In this document: piece after piece, positions 18,148 through 27,915 of the stretch
Position numbering within the stretch: position 1 is the stretch's first letter
Layout: each line of letters opens with the position of its first letter
Origin: a bacterium
GTDB taxonomy: Bacteria > RBG-13-61-14 > DATKZS01
Assembly: GCA_963674965.2 (NCBI GenBank)
Contig: CAXXFL010000001.1
Span: 928,001 to 992,000, forward strand
Direction of reading: 5' to 3'
Length of the DNA stretch: 64,000 nt
Translations under genes and position numbers: made by a program
The notes under the pieces: model-generated
Told to the model about the DNA's origin: nothing
What the model saw: only the letters and a program-made list of their open reading frames with translations
Databases searched by the model: none

Positions 18148-19398
18148 TCACGCGTGGCGAAGGGCCTCAGTCGGCTCCATCCTCGAGGCCCGCCAAGCCG
18201 GCAGCAAGGTGGCGGCCGTCGAAATAAGGACGCCTATTAAAAGAGACCATATAATAAGCTCGAGGCTTAAGTCTCCGTACATTACTCCCCGGATGGGATA
18301 TCCCATGTCCACGTCCTTTCCGCCCGTGAAGATATCTATGGGAATGCCGTACTTTTCCATGGCCCAGACCGCGGGAGTCGCAAGGACTACTCCTATTGTC
18401 GATCCCATGAGTCCCAGCATGGCTCCCTCGAGGAGAAATAGGGTCCGAATGCCCGCGGCCTTCATGCCCAGGGCCATGAGCATGCCGATTTCCCTGACCC
18501 TCTCGAAGGTGGCCATCAACATGGTGTTGACGATCCCCACCATGATGATCAGGAGGAACACGCCTATCATGATGCCGTTGCCTATCTTTTTCATGCGGTG
18601 CAGCTCGAGGAAAGCCTTGCCCATTTCCTCCCACGTCTTTACCTCGAAGCCCATGGGCTTTAAAACGCGCTGGGCCGAGAGGAAGGCCCTTTCCAGGTAG
18701 CGAGGGTCGTCGATCCTTATAGCGACCTGCGAGGCCCGGCCCTTGGCCAAAAGGCTTTCCTGCATGAAGTCGAGAGGAATAAACAGGGCCGCGCCGTCGA
18801 TGGCGGGATTGCCCGTGGATATTATTCCCGTCACCTCGAGGTAGACGGCCTGGATGCTGCCTCCCCCCTCCTTGCCCATGGCCCGGGCCTTCCAGACGAT
18901 CCGGTCTCCTTTTTTAAGGCCGAGGGTTCGGGCCATCCTCTCCCCCACCATGGCGTGAGGGCCTTCCGTCAAATATTCGCCTTGCCCCTCGACCACCGTG
19001 GGCTTCAGTTTGAATACCTTCTCGTCCTGGCCCAGGTCGATCCCGATGGACAGGCAGGTCAGGTCGTTCCCGTCGAAGTTGACCATGGACGGCACGATCA
19101 GCCGCTCGACTCCGGCCGTTACGTGATCCACGTCTTTCAGGGCCCGAATTATTTTCTCCGGGTCCTCGATGGAGTCCTTGACGCTCGCCGCCGGGTTTTC
19201 GTAATAGTCCTGATTGAATACCTGCATGTGTCCGTACTGGAGGTCGATGAGGTTCATCTCCGACTGCCGGCCCATCCCGTTTAACATGCCCCTCATCGTG
19301 ACCAGCGTGAAGATTCCGCAGGCTATGGCGGTGAGCGTTATGATGGACCGCCTCCGGTTGCGGAACACGTTTCTTACGGCCATCTTGAGAAGAATCAT
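18148..19398 (-). CDS. ABC transporter permease, FtsX/LolE/MacB family
   Basis: MAVRNVFRNRRRS, NTMLMATFERVREIG, PAWRASRMEPTEALR. Confidence 0.9.
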   Translation of the reverse strand: MILLKMAVRNVFRNRRRSIITLTAIACGIFTLVTMRGMLNGMGRQSEMNLIDLQYGHMQVFNQDYYENPAASVKDSIEDPEKIIRALKDVDHVTAGVERLIVPSMVNFDGNDLTCLSIGIDLGQDEKVFKLKPTVVEGQGEYLTEGPHAMVGERMARTLGLKKGDRIVWKARAMGKEGGGSIQAVYLEVTGIISTGNPAIDGAALFIPLDFMQESLLAKGRASQVAIRIDDPRYLERAFLSAQRVLKPMGFEVKTWEEMGKAFLELHRMKKIGNGIMIGVFLLIIMVGIVNTMLMATFERVREIGMLMALGMKAAGIRTLFLLEGAMLGLMGSTIGVVLATPAVWAMEKYGIPIDIFTGGKDVDMGYPIRGVMYGDLSLELIIWSLLIGVLISTAATLLPAWRASRMEPTEALRHA

Positions 19399-19414
19399 GG
19401 CTTCACCCCCCTAA

Positions 19415-20125
19415 TCAGGACTTGCCGTTCGAGCCGGACTTGTCGATATCCTCCGCGATTACGCCGTCTTTCAGCGTTACCAGGCGGCCCGCGTAATCCA
19501 TGACCTGTCGATCATGGGTCGAGAAGATAAAGGTCGCGCCCTCTTCCCGGTTGATCTTTTTCATTATCTCGAGGACCGTCTTGCCCGTCTTCGAGTCCAG
19601 GTTGGCGGTGGGCTCGTCGGCCAGCACCAGCTTGGGTTTTTTGACCAGGGCCCTGGCGATGGCCACCCGCTGCTGCTGCCCGCCCGACAATTCCGAGGGC
19701 CTGCGGTGCATCATGTCGGACAATTCTACCATATCGAGCAGCTTTGCAACCCGCGCTTTCTCGCGTTTGGCAGCGTCTCCTCCCATGAGGCTGAGGGCCA
19801 GTTCCACGTTCTCGTAAGCGGACAGGACCGGAACCAGATTGAAGGTCTGAAAGATGAAGCCGATCTTTGCCTTCCTTACGTCGGCCAGCTCGTTGGAAGA
19901 TTTCCGCGAGAGGTCTTCCCCCTCGAAAAGCACCCGGCCCGAGGTCGCCGAGTCAAGACAACCTATAAGGTTTAATAGCGTGGTCTTGCCCGAGCCGGAA
20001 GGGCCCGCGATCGAGGTGAACTCACCCTCCTCGATGACTAGATCAACACCGCGAAGGGCCTTGACCGTCTGGCTTCCGCTCTCGTACTCTTTCGTAACCC
20101 CCTCGATTTTTACGATCGACGACAT
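19415..20125 (-). CDS. ABC transporter ATP-binding protein (LolD/MacB-like)
   Basis: GPSGSGKT, LSGGQQQRVAIARAL, LADEPTANLDS, STHD. Confidence 0.95.
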   Translation of the reverse strand: MSSIVKIEGVTKEYESGSQTVKALRGVDLVIEEGEFTSIAGPSGSGKTTLLNLIGCLDSATSGRVLFEGEDLSRKSSNELADVRKAKIGFIFQTFNLVPVLSAYENVELALSLMGGDAAKREKARVAKLLDMVELSDMMHRRPSELSGGQQQRVAIARALVKKPKLVLADEPTANLDSKTGKTVLEIMKKINREEGATFIFSTHDRQVMDYAGRLVTLKDGVIAEDIDKSGSNGKS

Positions 20126-20147
20126 TTTGTCCTCCTTCCTCGAGGCA

Positions 20148-20915
20148 TTATCTCACGTTCTCGACGAACTCGAGGCTGATAATCTTTGGATCGATCTCCT
20201 CGTCAAGCTTTAAGTCTTTAACCACTATTGTCGTCTGGGTTTTGTTTTTCAAGGCGTCCTTCATCGTCATGCGGGTAGGGGTCCATCTGCCGTCTATTTG
20301 TTTGAGGTCCTCATAGCTCATGGTTTTTAGGAGCATGCCCGAAAGGGCCATAAGCTCCTGATAAACGGGCAGATATGTCGCCTGGTCCACCCACAGTTTC
20401 TGGAGAGCGTAGGTCTCGTCCGGGTCGTTGGCCTTGAGTTCCATTACCCAACACTTCTTGCCGTCCTTTACTTCCTCGCCGACGATTTTGGCCTCGAAGC
20501 GCTCGGCCAGCGGCTTGTTGTTAGTCGTGTCATCATAGCTCCAGTCGGAATCGAGGAAACCCTGCCTGAGCATGTGGCCCGATATCTTCATGGGCTTTTC
20601 CGCCTCGCGGGACGCGATCCACAGATCGTCGCCCAGGCGAAGAAAGCGGGTACCCTTGTCCGGGCCGGAGGTCACCTCGATGGCGGCGTTGTCCTTTCCT
20701 TTCACCCATATCTTGAGGTCCGAGGTCTTCGGCTTCCTCTTTCCGCCCCTGTCCATTACCATCTCGATCTCCATGTACTGGGTCTCGGTGACCTCGTTGG
20801 CGTCGATCTTCTCGAGGATTTGCCTGCCCGTTATACCCTCTTCCGTCTGGCCGAAAGCGGCTTGGCAAACCAGTCCGATAGTCAGTGCCGATATGGCTAT
20901 CATGGCTTTTTTCAT
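20148..20915 (-). CDS. Outer-membrane lipoprotein-sorting (LolA-like) periplasmic protein
   Basis: Signal peptide; DKGTRFLR.GDDLW, ISGHMLRQGFLDSDWSYDD, SG.LLKT. Confidence 0.8.
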   Translation of the reverse strand: MKKAMIAISALTIGLVCQAAFGQTEEGITGRQILEKIDANEVTETQYMEIEMVMDRGGKRKPKTSDLKIWVKGKDNAAIEVTSGPDKGTRFLRLGDDLWIASREAEKPMKISGHMLRQGFLDSDWSYDDTTNNKPLAERFEAKIVGEEVKDGKKCWVMELKANDPDETYALQKLWVDQATYLPVYQELMALSGMLLKTMSYEDLKQIDGRWTPTRMTMKDALKNKTQTTIVVKDLKLDEEIDPKIISLEFVENVR

Positions 20916-20932
20916 GGAGTATCTCCTTTTGG

Positions 20933-22123
20933 TTACAAATAGTATCTCACCCAGGCGTAATATGTTAAATCCGGTACAAGGCCGATCGCGTCCTGGTCTG
21001 GGTGGGGCATGAACTCGCCGCCCTCCGGGCCGATGGGTATATTCGCGCCCGCCGTTACGCGAAACTTGCCCAGAGTGACCGTAAGATATGGGGACGCCAT
21101 GGCCGTCTGGTCGTCCAGGTTATAGATGGCGTTGATCGTGCCGCTTATCTCGGAGTTCCAACTGAGGGTGGCCATCAGGTTGGCGTAATGCGTGGCCAGG
21201 GTCGAGCGCTTGCCCGCTTGCATCTCGTCCCATTTGTAATCTTCTCTTTTGCTATCCCCGGTCTGGTCGTAATAGTATTGGGCCGCTATATACAGGCCGT
21301 CCCTCACCTGGAAGGAATAATCCACCCCGGCCACGGCCTGGTAATAAGGATCGTAATCCCTGTTTTTGGGCGCGAACATGGCCGCTTCCACCCAGTAGCC
21401 GATGACGGCCGTTCCCTTCACGTCCACCCCCCAGGCTAGCAGGTCGTTGGCCGCGTCGTCCATCCAAACCACGGACATGTCAGCGCCCCACCTGGCAAGC
21501 GACGCCCGGGCCGCGTAGCGGTTGTCGCTGAAAACCGTGTCCCCCGTCGAGGCCGCCACCGTGAGCCGGAAGTCCTCGGGCAGGGGCACGTAAACCTTGA
21601 CGGCGTTGATGCCCTTGCGCTCGGCCCAGTAGTCGGTGAGATAGACCTCCTTGAACATGTCGGTGGGGTTCCATATCAGGGCCGAGCCCCAGTTTATCGC
21701 CTGCCTGCCCAGCCGAATCCGGGCGGGTCCGGCGTCGAGGTCGAGGTAGAGCCTTTCGACGTTGAGGTAATCGTCGGTTTCCATGAGGTCTGAATTTTGC
21801 CCGTCGTACTGGATGAAATGAATCTCCGGAGTAACGGTGAGAGAAATTTTTCCATCCTCGCCAATCTCCTCGACCAAGGTCGGCCGAAAACGTTCGTAAG
21901 TAATATACTCAGGGAACGGTACCGGCGCCATCTCCTTTACTTCTTCGGGAAGGGCCAATGGCATCTCAGGTCCAAGTCCCTCGATCCGGATCAGCCTTGC
22001 CTCGATGTACCCATAGATTTCAGCGTGAGCCACCGATGAAAACAAGCAAAACAAAAGGAGAGCAAGCGCGAGAAAAATCCGCGTAAATTGCAGCACTGAA
22101 AAGATATTTCTTATGGCTTTCAC
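20933..22123 (-). CDS. Putative outer-membrane beta-barrel protein
   Basis: Signal peptide, ERLYLD, GRQAINWG....WNPTD, C-terminal WVRYYL. Confidence 0.7.
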   Translation of the reverse strand: MKAIRNIFSVLQFTRIFLALALLLFCLFSSVAHAEIYGYIEARLIRIEGLGPEMPLALPEEVKEMAPVPFPEYITYERFRPTLVEEIGEDGKISLTVTPEIHFIQYDGQNSDLMETDDYLNVERLYLDLDAGPARIRLGRQAINWGSALIWNPTDMFKEVYLTDYWAERKGINAVKVYVPLPEDFRLTVAASTGDTVFSDNRYAARASLARWGADMSVVWMDDAANDLLAWGVDVKGTAVIGYWVEAAMFAPKNRDYDPYYQAVAGVDYSFQVRDGLYIAAQYYYDQTGDSKREDYKWDEMQAGKRSTLATHYANLMATLSWNSEISGTINAIYNLDDQTAMASPYLTVTLGKFRVTAGANIPIGPEGGEFMPHPDQDAIGLVPDLTYYAWVRYYL

Positions 22124-22141
22124 GGCTCGTCCCCCATTTTA

Positions 22142-22855
22142 TTACCTGGCGTCCCGATACTCTTCCCAAAGTTTCATCATGGTCGATTCGATAGATCCCT
22201 TGGGCGCGCCGATCATCCTCTCGATGGCGTCGGACCAGAGCCGGTATTTCCTCTCGATGATTTCCTCTTCCTTTTTACCCAGTTCTTTGGCAAAGATATA
22301 GGGCGCCACGCTTTCGTTAATATCCCTGGCCATAAGCATAATCAGTTCGGCCGCTTCCTCGGGGTACTCGGTGTCGAAGACTCTCTCCTCGACCCCTTGC
22401 CGGATTATGTCCGTCAGGATGGGCGTGAATATCCTTATCGACCTGGTGACGAGCTTCTGGCGAAGCAGGAGGTTGGACTCTGAATAAATGGCTTTACCTA
22501 TTATATTTAAATACTTTTTGTTTGCGACCTTGGCGCCGCCCGACACGGTGAAGAGGCGGCTTAGCTTGTCCAGGGCGTTCATCCCCGGCTGGTCGATGGA
22601 CTTCCGAACGTGGCCGGTGATGAGGTCGGTCATCTTTCCCACCATGCTTTCGAGCAGTTCCTCCTTGGAACGGAAATAGTGGTAGAAGGTGCCCTTGGCG
22701 ATGCCGACCCTTTTCAGCACGTCGTTGACCGAGGTTTTTTCATATCCTTTATTGGCGAACAGCTCCTTTGCCGCCTCCATGATCTCGTCTTTTCTTTCCT
22801 CGTGTTTTTTGAAGACCCTTTTATTCAAGTTTCCGTCTCTTTCTTTCTGGACCAC
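22142..22855 (-). CDS. TetR/AcrR family regulator
   Basis: AAKELFANKGYEKTSVNDV...VGIAKGTFYHYFRSKEEL. Confidence 0.93.
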   Translation of the reverse strand: MVQKERDGNLNKRVFKKHEERKDEIMEAAKELFANKGYEKTSVNDVLKRVGIAKGTFYHYFRSKEELLESMVGKMTDLITGHVRKSIDQPGMNALDKLSRLFTVSGGAKVANKKYLNIIGKAIYSESNLLLRQKLVTRSIRIFTPILTDIIRQGVEERVFDTEYPEEAAELIMLMARDINESVAPYIFAKELGKKEEEIIERKYRLWSDAIERMIGAPKGSIESTMMKLWEEYRDAR

Positions 22856-22862
22856 AGGTCTA

Positions 22863-22877
22863 GACCGACCGTCGGTC
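22863..22877. promoter_or_regulatory. Palindromic TetR operator
   Basis: GACCGAC-C-GTCGGTC, between the -10 element and the TetR start. Confidence 0.7.
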
Positions 22878-22883
22878 CAATAT

Positions 22884-22912
22884 AGAATAGGCCATATCTA
22901 TTATTTCGTCAA
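22884..22912 (-). promoter_or_regulatory. sigma70 promoter of the TetR/Lol-like operon
   Basis: TTGACG-17 nt-TATTCT on the minus strand. Confidence 0.65.
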
Positions 22913-23120
22913 GAGGTTTTTTGAAAATCGAAACAAAAAATGAAAGAACGCGGAACGAGGTCGGACTAGCCGGTTTTTTTAAAACAATCTGGGATCCGAC
23001 AAGATGGATTGGTGGACGGCAATAAACTCTCGCGATTCAATTTGGGAAAAACCATAATGCCGACTCGATTTTCGCCAACGGGTCCGTCCCCGGCATCGCC
23101 TATATATTGGCTTCCTTTCC

Positions 23121-24044
23121 GAGCTTCTTGCAAAAAGATTTCAAACTGCCTTGGCCGTGACCTCCACTGGAAGCTCCACGCTTGTTTTCTATCGAGAGGT
23201 CACGATTTCAAGGTCGTTTTCCTACATGCTCCGCGTTTTCTCCATAATTCGGGCGCACTCGCCCGTCATTTTCCCGACTTCACCGGGTTTTTGCGCCGAT
23301 TCACATCAGCAGATTCAATAATCGCTCCGCCGTCAAAGCCAATATCCCGAACATAAGATGGGCCTCCACTTACTCGTGGCCGCGAACACGCGCGTTGCGC
23401 CCGCCGAAGCTCTCCTTCAACATCGAGAAGCCGCGCTCCGCGGTCGAACGCTCGTCGTAACGACGCTTGGTCGCCGGGGCCATATCGACCTTGTCGCCAC
23501 CGCGTGGATTGTGGTCGATGATCGGGACGTGGCCCAAGGACCTCGAGTGGGCTTTGATCCGATCCGCGTCGTAGGCCGAGTCCATCAGGTCGTAAAGGCT
23601 CGTGACGCGACGGGAACTCAACTCGGCAAAGCTCCGGGAAAAAGTCGACTCGCTGGGAATGGAACGGACCCGCTCCCATCCGCAAATGCGGCGCGGATTG
23701 GGAGTCGTCTCAAGGCGATCCATCAGTTCGCGAGTGGTCGAGTAATTGTAAACCATCTTGGAGACAAAGGCCTTGGCCAAGGCAACCCGGTCCTCGGGAG
23801 GACAGCCCAAACGCCACCAGCGAACCGGAACGAAGTCCTCAATACGGACCATCTCAAGTATTGAAATCAGCTTTTTCCGCTTCTCGGTCAAAGGGTCCAG
23901 TTCTTCCTCGAGAAAAGGAAACAAGGTGGATTGAATATGGCACCATACTTGTGATATCTTATTCATAAGCCGCTCCTGTGGATTAGGTTTTGCTATTCAC
24001 AAAACATTTTACCACGAATAGAGCGGCTTATTTTGTCAAAATTC
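23121..24044 (-). mobile_element. Decayed IS5/IS1182-like insertion sequence
   Basis: TIR-like GAGCTTCTTGCAAAA at 23121 and a transposase remnant. The right end is uncertain. Confidence 0.65.
23301..23966 (-). pseudogene. IS5/IS1182-like DDE transposase pseudogene
   Basis: PSESTFSRSF, YDLMDSAYD, ERSTAER. An in-frame TAA at 23370-23372 is followed by the conserved tail VEAHLMFGILALT. The central part is apparently deleted. Confidence 0.8.
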
Positions 24045-24049
24045 ATTAT

Positions 24050-24237
24050 AGAGCCTCTTGCAAAATTCCCGATTTGGAGTGCGGCGGCTCGACGCCGCTT
24101 TTCTTCCGAGCGGCTTGACGCGAGGCAAGCCGGTGTATTAATAGGCCTTGTCAAGCCAAGGCCATCGAAAGCGGTCTCAAGCGACCGCACTCCAAAGCGG
24201 CTATGCCGCAAAGAAAAGGACTTTTGCAAGAGGCTCT
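24050..24237. mobile_element. 188-bp MITE-like element containing an inverted REP-like doublet, copy 1
   Basis: Perfect 16-bp TIRs AGAGCCTCTTGCAAAA / TTTTGCAAGAGGCTCT; near-identical second copy at 32128. Confidence 0.8.
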
Positions 24238-24346
24238 GCAGTTTACGTTTTAACCGTTCTATAAGTCCCGCACCCGGGTTCCATCCGAATTTTTGACCAG
24301 TAACCCTCCTTAAAACATCAGGAAATAAAATAATCCGATTTTTAAC

Positions 24347-24374
24347 TTGACAATCTCAAACGTTTGTTTAATAT
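24347..24374 (+). promoter_or_regulatory. sigma70 promoter with overlapping TetR-type operator
   Basis: TTGACA-16 nt-TAATAT, with the imperfect palindrome TCAAAC-GTTT-GTTTAA in the spacer. Confidence 0.55.
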
Positions 24375-24420
24375 CAATGCTTGAAATGAGCGATTCAAAT
24401 TATTGTTTATCGGGTGATCC

Positions 24421-25062
24421 ATGACGGAAAAAATTTCGGACAAGTCCACCAGCGAGCGCCTTATCGAGGCGGCGGGCGTGCTTTTCGCCCAGAAGGGCTT
24501 CGCCAATACCACGGTAAGGGATATCTGCGACGCGGCCGGGGCCAACGTGGCGGCGGTTAACTATCACTTCGGCGACAAGGAAAAACTCCACGAGGCGGTA
24601 CTGAACTACATCGTTGAAGGTATCAAGACCAAGTTTCCCGTTAATGTGTCCCTTGGATCTGACGATCCGCCAGGGGAAAAGCTTCGTAACATGATAAGGT
24701 TTTTTCTTTTAAGAAGGTTCGATCCCGACCGCCCCGATTGGCAGGGCATCCTTTTAATCGAGCAGTTCATGACGGTCCATCCCAAGCTGGTGGACGTGAT
24801 CAGGGAGGAGAGGGCTGCCAACGTTGACGCCATCAGGATTTTAATAAAGCAAATAGCCGGAAAGGACATTGACGATGAGGCGGTGGACCTTTGCCTGGGA
24901 AGTATAGTCGGACAGTGTCTTTTCTATATCCTGATGCACGCGCCCCATGCTCCCATCCCGGAGGAGGAAAAAATCGAGATGAACCACGAGAATATCGAGA
25001 AGATAACCGACCATATTCTCAATTTCACTCTGGCGGGAATTAAGTCTAAGTGTGAGAAATGA
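24421..25062 (+). CDS. TetR family regulator (CecR/CerR-like, DUF1956-type C-terminus)
   Basis: LFAQKGFANTTVRDICDAAGANVAAVNYHFGDKEKL, SIVGQCLFY. Confidence 0.88.
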   Translation: MTEKISDKSTSERLIEAAGVLFAQKGFANTTVRDICDAAGANVAAVNYHFGDKEKLHEAVLNYIVEGIKTKFPVNVSLGSDDPPGEKLRNMIRFFLLRRFDPDRPDWQGILLIEQFMTVHPKLVDVIREERAANVDAIRILIKQIAGKDIDDEAVDLCLGSIVGQCLFYILMHAPHAPIPEEEKIEMNHENIEKITDHILNFTLAGIKSKCEK

Positions 25063-25185
25063 TAAATCAATTATTTTTCCACTTGCAAATGCCGGCTTTT
25101 ATAATTAGCATGGGTGAACTCTAATTCAATACTTGTATTCAACGTTCAAAATTGCGGGGTCAAACAAATAATCGGGAGCCAGATT

Positions 25186-26679
25186 ATGGGTCGAAAACAA
25201 AAATACTTAAACATTGCGACTAAAATCGCGCTTTGCGGCGCCATCGCGGTACTTGCGGTTTTAAGCTTCTCCTGCGTAAAGAAGAGTAAGCCCACCGTGA
25301 AGGTCCCGGATAAGTTCACCGTAAAAGGGGAAGTGATCGCTCCGGAGAAATGGTGGAAGTCTTTTGACGACCCCAATCTTGACTACCTTATCGATCGCGC
25401 CCAGGCGGACAACCTGGACCTTCTCATGGCCTGGGACAGGATCGACCAGATGACGTCATTGAAAAAACAGGCCGACTCGGGCCTTTTTCCCAACGTTAAC
25501 GCCAGCCTCGGGTCCCAGGAAACCAAGGCCATGTCCTATAACCGTAGCGAGAATACCTATAACTCGGCGGGCGGCGGCGCGGGCGCGGGCATGGGATCGA
25601 GCTTCGGTACCAGCCATTCATTGTCCGTAAGCGCCAGCTATGAGCTCGATCTTTGGGGTCGAGTAAGAAACAGCCGCAAGGCCTCGAAGTCGGACCTTAG
25701 GGCCAGCCGGGAAGACCTTGACGCCATGGCCATTACCATTACTTCCGAGGTGGGCAGGCTCTGGTACGACCTGGTCGAGAAGGACCTCCAGATAAAGATG
25801 CTTGAGGGCCAGAAAAAAATAAACGAGACCTACCTCGAGCTTCTCGAGCTTCGCTTTAACCAGGGCATGTCCGCCGCGTCCGAGGTGCTTCAGCAAAGGC
25901 AGCAGCTCGAGCAGACCATGGGCGAGTTTCCCATGGTAAGAATGTCCAGACAACTTACCGAGTATCAATTGGCCGCCATGCTGGGAGAGCCGCCGGGCGC
26001 CGACCTGGGCGTCAAGAGCGGTTCCCTGCCTGATCTTCCCCCCTTTCCCGAGACCGGCGTCCCCTCGGACCTTCTACTCCGCAGGCCGGACGTCCGGGCC
26101 GCGCGCTACAGGTTGGAAGCCGCCGACTACCGCGTTGCTGAGGCCATAGCCAACCGCTTCCCGACGGTTAGCCTCACCGCAACGGCCAGCGACACCGAGC
26201 CAAGGTTCGAGGACCTCTTTGACGATTGGGTCCTAAACCTGGCCGCCAACCTTACCGCGCCCATCTTCGACGCGGGCAGAAGAAAGCAGGAGGTGGTCAG
26301 GAAAAGGGCCGCCGCCTCTGAAAGTCTGCACAACTTCGAGAAGACCGTGCTTACCGCCTTGGGCGAGGTCGAGAGCGCCATCGTGCAGGAGAGGAGCCAG
26401 TCCGAGTTCGTGGCCAGCGTCGACGAGCAGGTAAAAACGGCACGGATGACCCTCAAGTTCGCCATGGAAAGATACGGCAACGGCGCCACCGATTATCTGC
26501 CCGTGCTCGTGAGCATCCAGACCCTGCAGCGCCTGGAGAGAAGTCAGATCGAATCTAAAAGGGTCCTTATTACTTACAGGATCAATCTATACCGCGCCCT
26601 CGGCGGCGGATGGGTCATCGAGAGAAAGAGCGCCGACGAGAAAACCGTCGCCGACGACAAGGAGAGAGTCGATGAGTAA
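25186..26679 (+). CDS. RND efflux outer-membrane factor (NodT/OprM family) lipoprotein
   Basis: Lipobox SFSC, WWKSFDDPNL, SYELDLWG, GVPSDLLLRRPDVRAA, LYRALGGGW. Confidence 0.92.
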   Translation: MGRKQKYLNIATKIALCGAIAVLAVLSFSCVKKSKPTVKVPDKFTVKGEVIAPEKWWKSFDDPNLDYLIDRAQADNLDLLMAWDRIDQMTSLKKQADSGLFPNVNASLGSQETKAMSYNRSENTYNSAGGGAGAGMGSSFGTSHSLSVSASYELDLWGRVRNSRKASKSDLRASREDLDAMAITITSEVGRLWYDLVEKDLQIKMLEGQKKINETYLELLELRFNQGMSAASEVLQQRQQLEQTMGEFPMVRMSRQLTEYQLAAMLGEPPGADLGVKSGSLPDLPPFPETGVPSDLLLRRPDVRAARYRLEAADYRVAEAIANRFPTVSLTATASDTEPRFEDLFDDWVLNLAANLTAPIFDAGRRKQEVVRKRAAASESLHNFEKTVLTALGEVESAIVQERSQSEFVASVDEQVKTARMTLKFAMERYGNGATDYLPVLVSIQTLQRLERSQIESKRVLITYRINLYRALGGGWVIERKSADEKTVADDKERVDE

Positions 26680-27847
26680 GTTTATCGCCAGGGCGTTGCC
26701 GGCGCTTGGCGTAATAGCGGTGGGCGCGGCTTTGGCCGCCGTCTTGATCGCCATGAAGCCCAAGCCGGAGATGAAGGAAAAAGAGGTCAAATCCGTTCCG
26801 GTACGTTTCATGACCGCCGCTCCCTCCACGCAAAAGATCATGGTCGACGCCAGGGGCACGGTGATCCCGGCCCGCCAGATTAACCTCATGCCCGAGATAA
26901 CGGGAAGGATCGTCGAGCTTAGCCCCAACGTCGTGCCCGGCGGCTACCTCGAGGAAGGCGAGGTCATAGCCCGCGTGGACGACCGCGATTACCAGGCCTC
27001 GGTAAAGCAGGCCCGGGCCATGTTGGCCGAGGCTCAAAGCAGTCTCGAACTCGAGCGGGGAAGACAAAAGGTGGCGCGCAAGGAATGGGAGTTCATGAAG
27101 GAGCACGGCATACGATCGGAATCGGGACCCGACCTCGCCCTTCGCAAGCCTCAGCTCAATAACGCCCAGGCCATGGTGTCCTCAGCCTCGGGGGGCCTTA
27201 CCCAGGCCAAGCTCGCCCTCGAGCGGACGGTTATTAAATCACCCATGAACGCCATCGTTAAAACCGAGAGCGCCGAGGTCGGCCAGCTCGTCTCGCCCCA
27301 AAGTCCACTCGCCACGCTGGTGGGAGCGGATCAATACTGGGTCCAGGTCAGCGTTCCCGTCTCGAGCCTTGCCAAGATCGATCTTCCCGACCGGGAGGGA
27401 AAAGGCGGCTCGAAGGCGATCATTACTCATGACGCGGGCCCCGAGATGAAGGTCACTCGAGAGGGTCGGGTTATCCGGCTTCTTGGAGACCTCGAGCCGG
27501 CGGGAAGAATGGCCCGTCTGATGATCGAAATAGACGACCCACTCGGCCTGGATAAAAAGGCGGAGGACCGAGGGTTCCCTCTTTTAATCGACGCCTACGT
27601 CAAGGTCGAGATCGAGGGCCAAGAAGTAAATGACGTGTTCGTGATACCCCGTACCGCCGTCCACGAGGGCGAGCAGATTTGGATCATGGACTCGAGCGAC
27701 AGGCTGGACGTCCGGGAGCCGGAGATTGTCTGGCGTACGGAAATGGACGTTTTGATCTCAGGCGGACTTGCCGCCGGCGAAAAAGTGGTAACGAGTAATA
27801 TACCCACCCCGGTCCCCGGAATACTTCTTCGAGAGTTCAAGGACTAA
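26672..27847 (+). CDS. RND efflux periplasmic adaptor (MFP)
   Basis: N-terminal TM, PEITGRIV, LERTVIKSP, lipoyl/hairpin pattern, GLAAGEKVV. Confidence 0.9.
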   Translation: MSKFIARALPALGVIAVGAALAAVLIAMKPKPEMKEKEVKSVPVRFMTAAPSTQKIMVDARGTVIPARQINLMPEITGRIVELSPNVVPGGYLEEGEVIARVDDRDYQASVKQARAMLAEAQSSLELERGRQKVARKEWEFMKEHGIRSESGPDLALRKPQLNNAQAMVSSASGGLTQAKLALERTVIKSPMNAIVKTESAEVGQLVSPQSPLATLVGADQYWVQVSVPVSSLAKIDLPDREGKGGSKAIITHDAGPEMKVTREGRVIRLLGDLEPAGRMARLMIEIDDPLGLDKKAEDRGFPLLIDAYVKVEIEGQEVNDVFVIPRTAVHEGEQIWIMDSSDRLDVREPEIVWRTEMDVLISGGLAAGEKVVTSNIPTPVPGILLREFKD

Positions 27848-27915
27848 GCGGTTACCGATCGCCATAAATAAATTTGGGCCGTTCTATCCAGGACGGCGCT
27901 GAGCGGAGCAATTTA

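Noticed and set aside
23370..23372. Stop-codon recoding in the transposase
   Set aside because: The codon is TAA rather than TGA/TAG and the gene is otherwise decayed, so it is a nonsense mutation.
24033..24296. Near-identical short ORFs at 24033-24296 and 32057-32323
   Set aside because: They are translations of the MITE copies and lack RBS and protein-like features.
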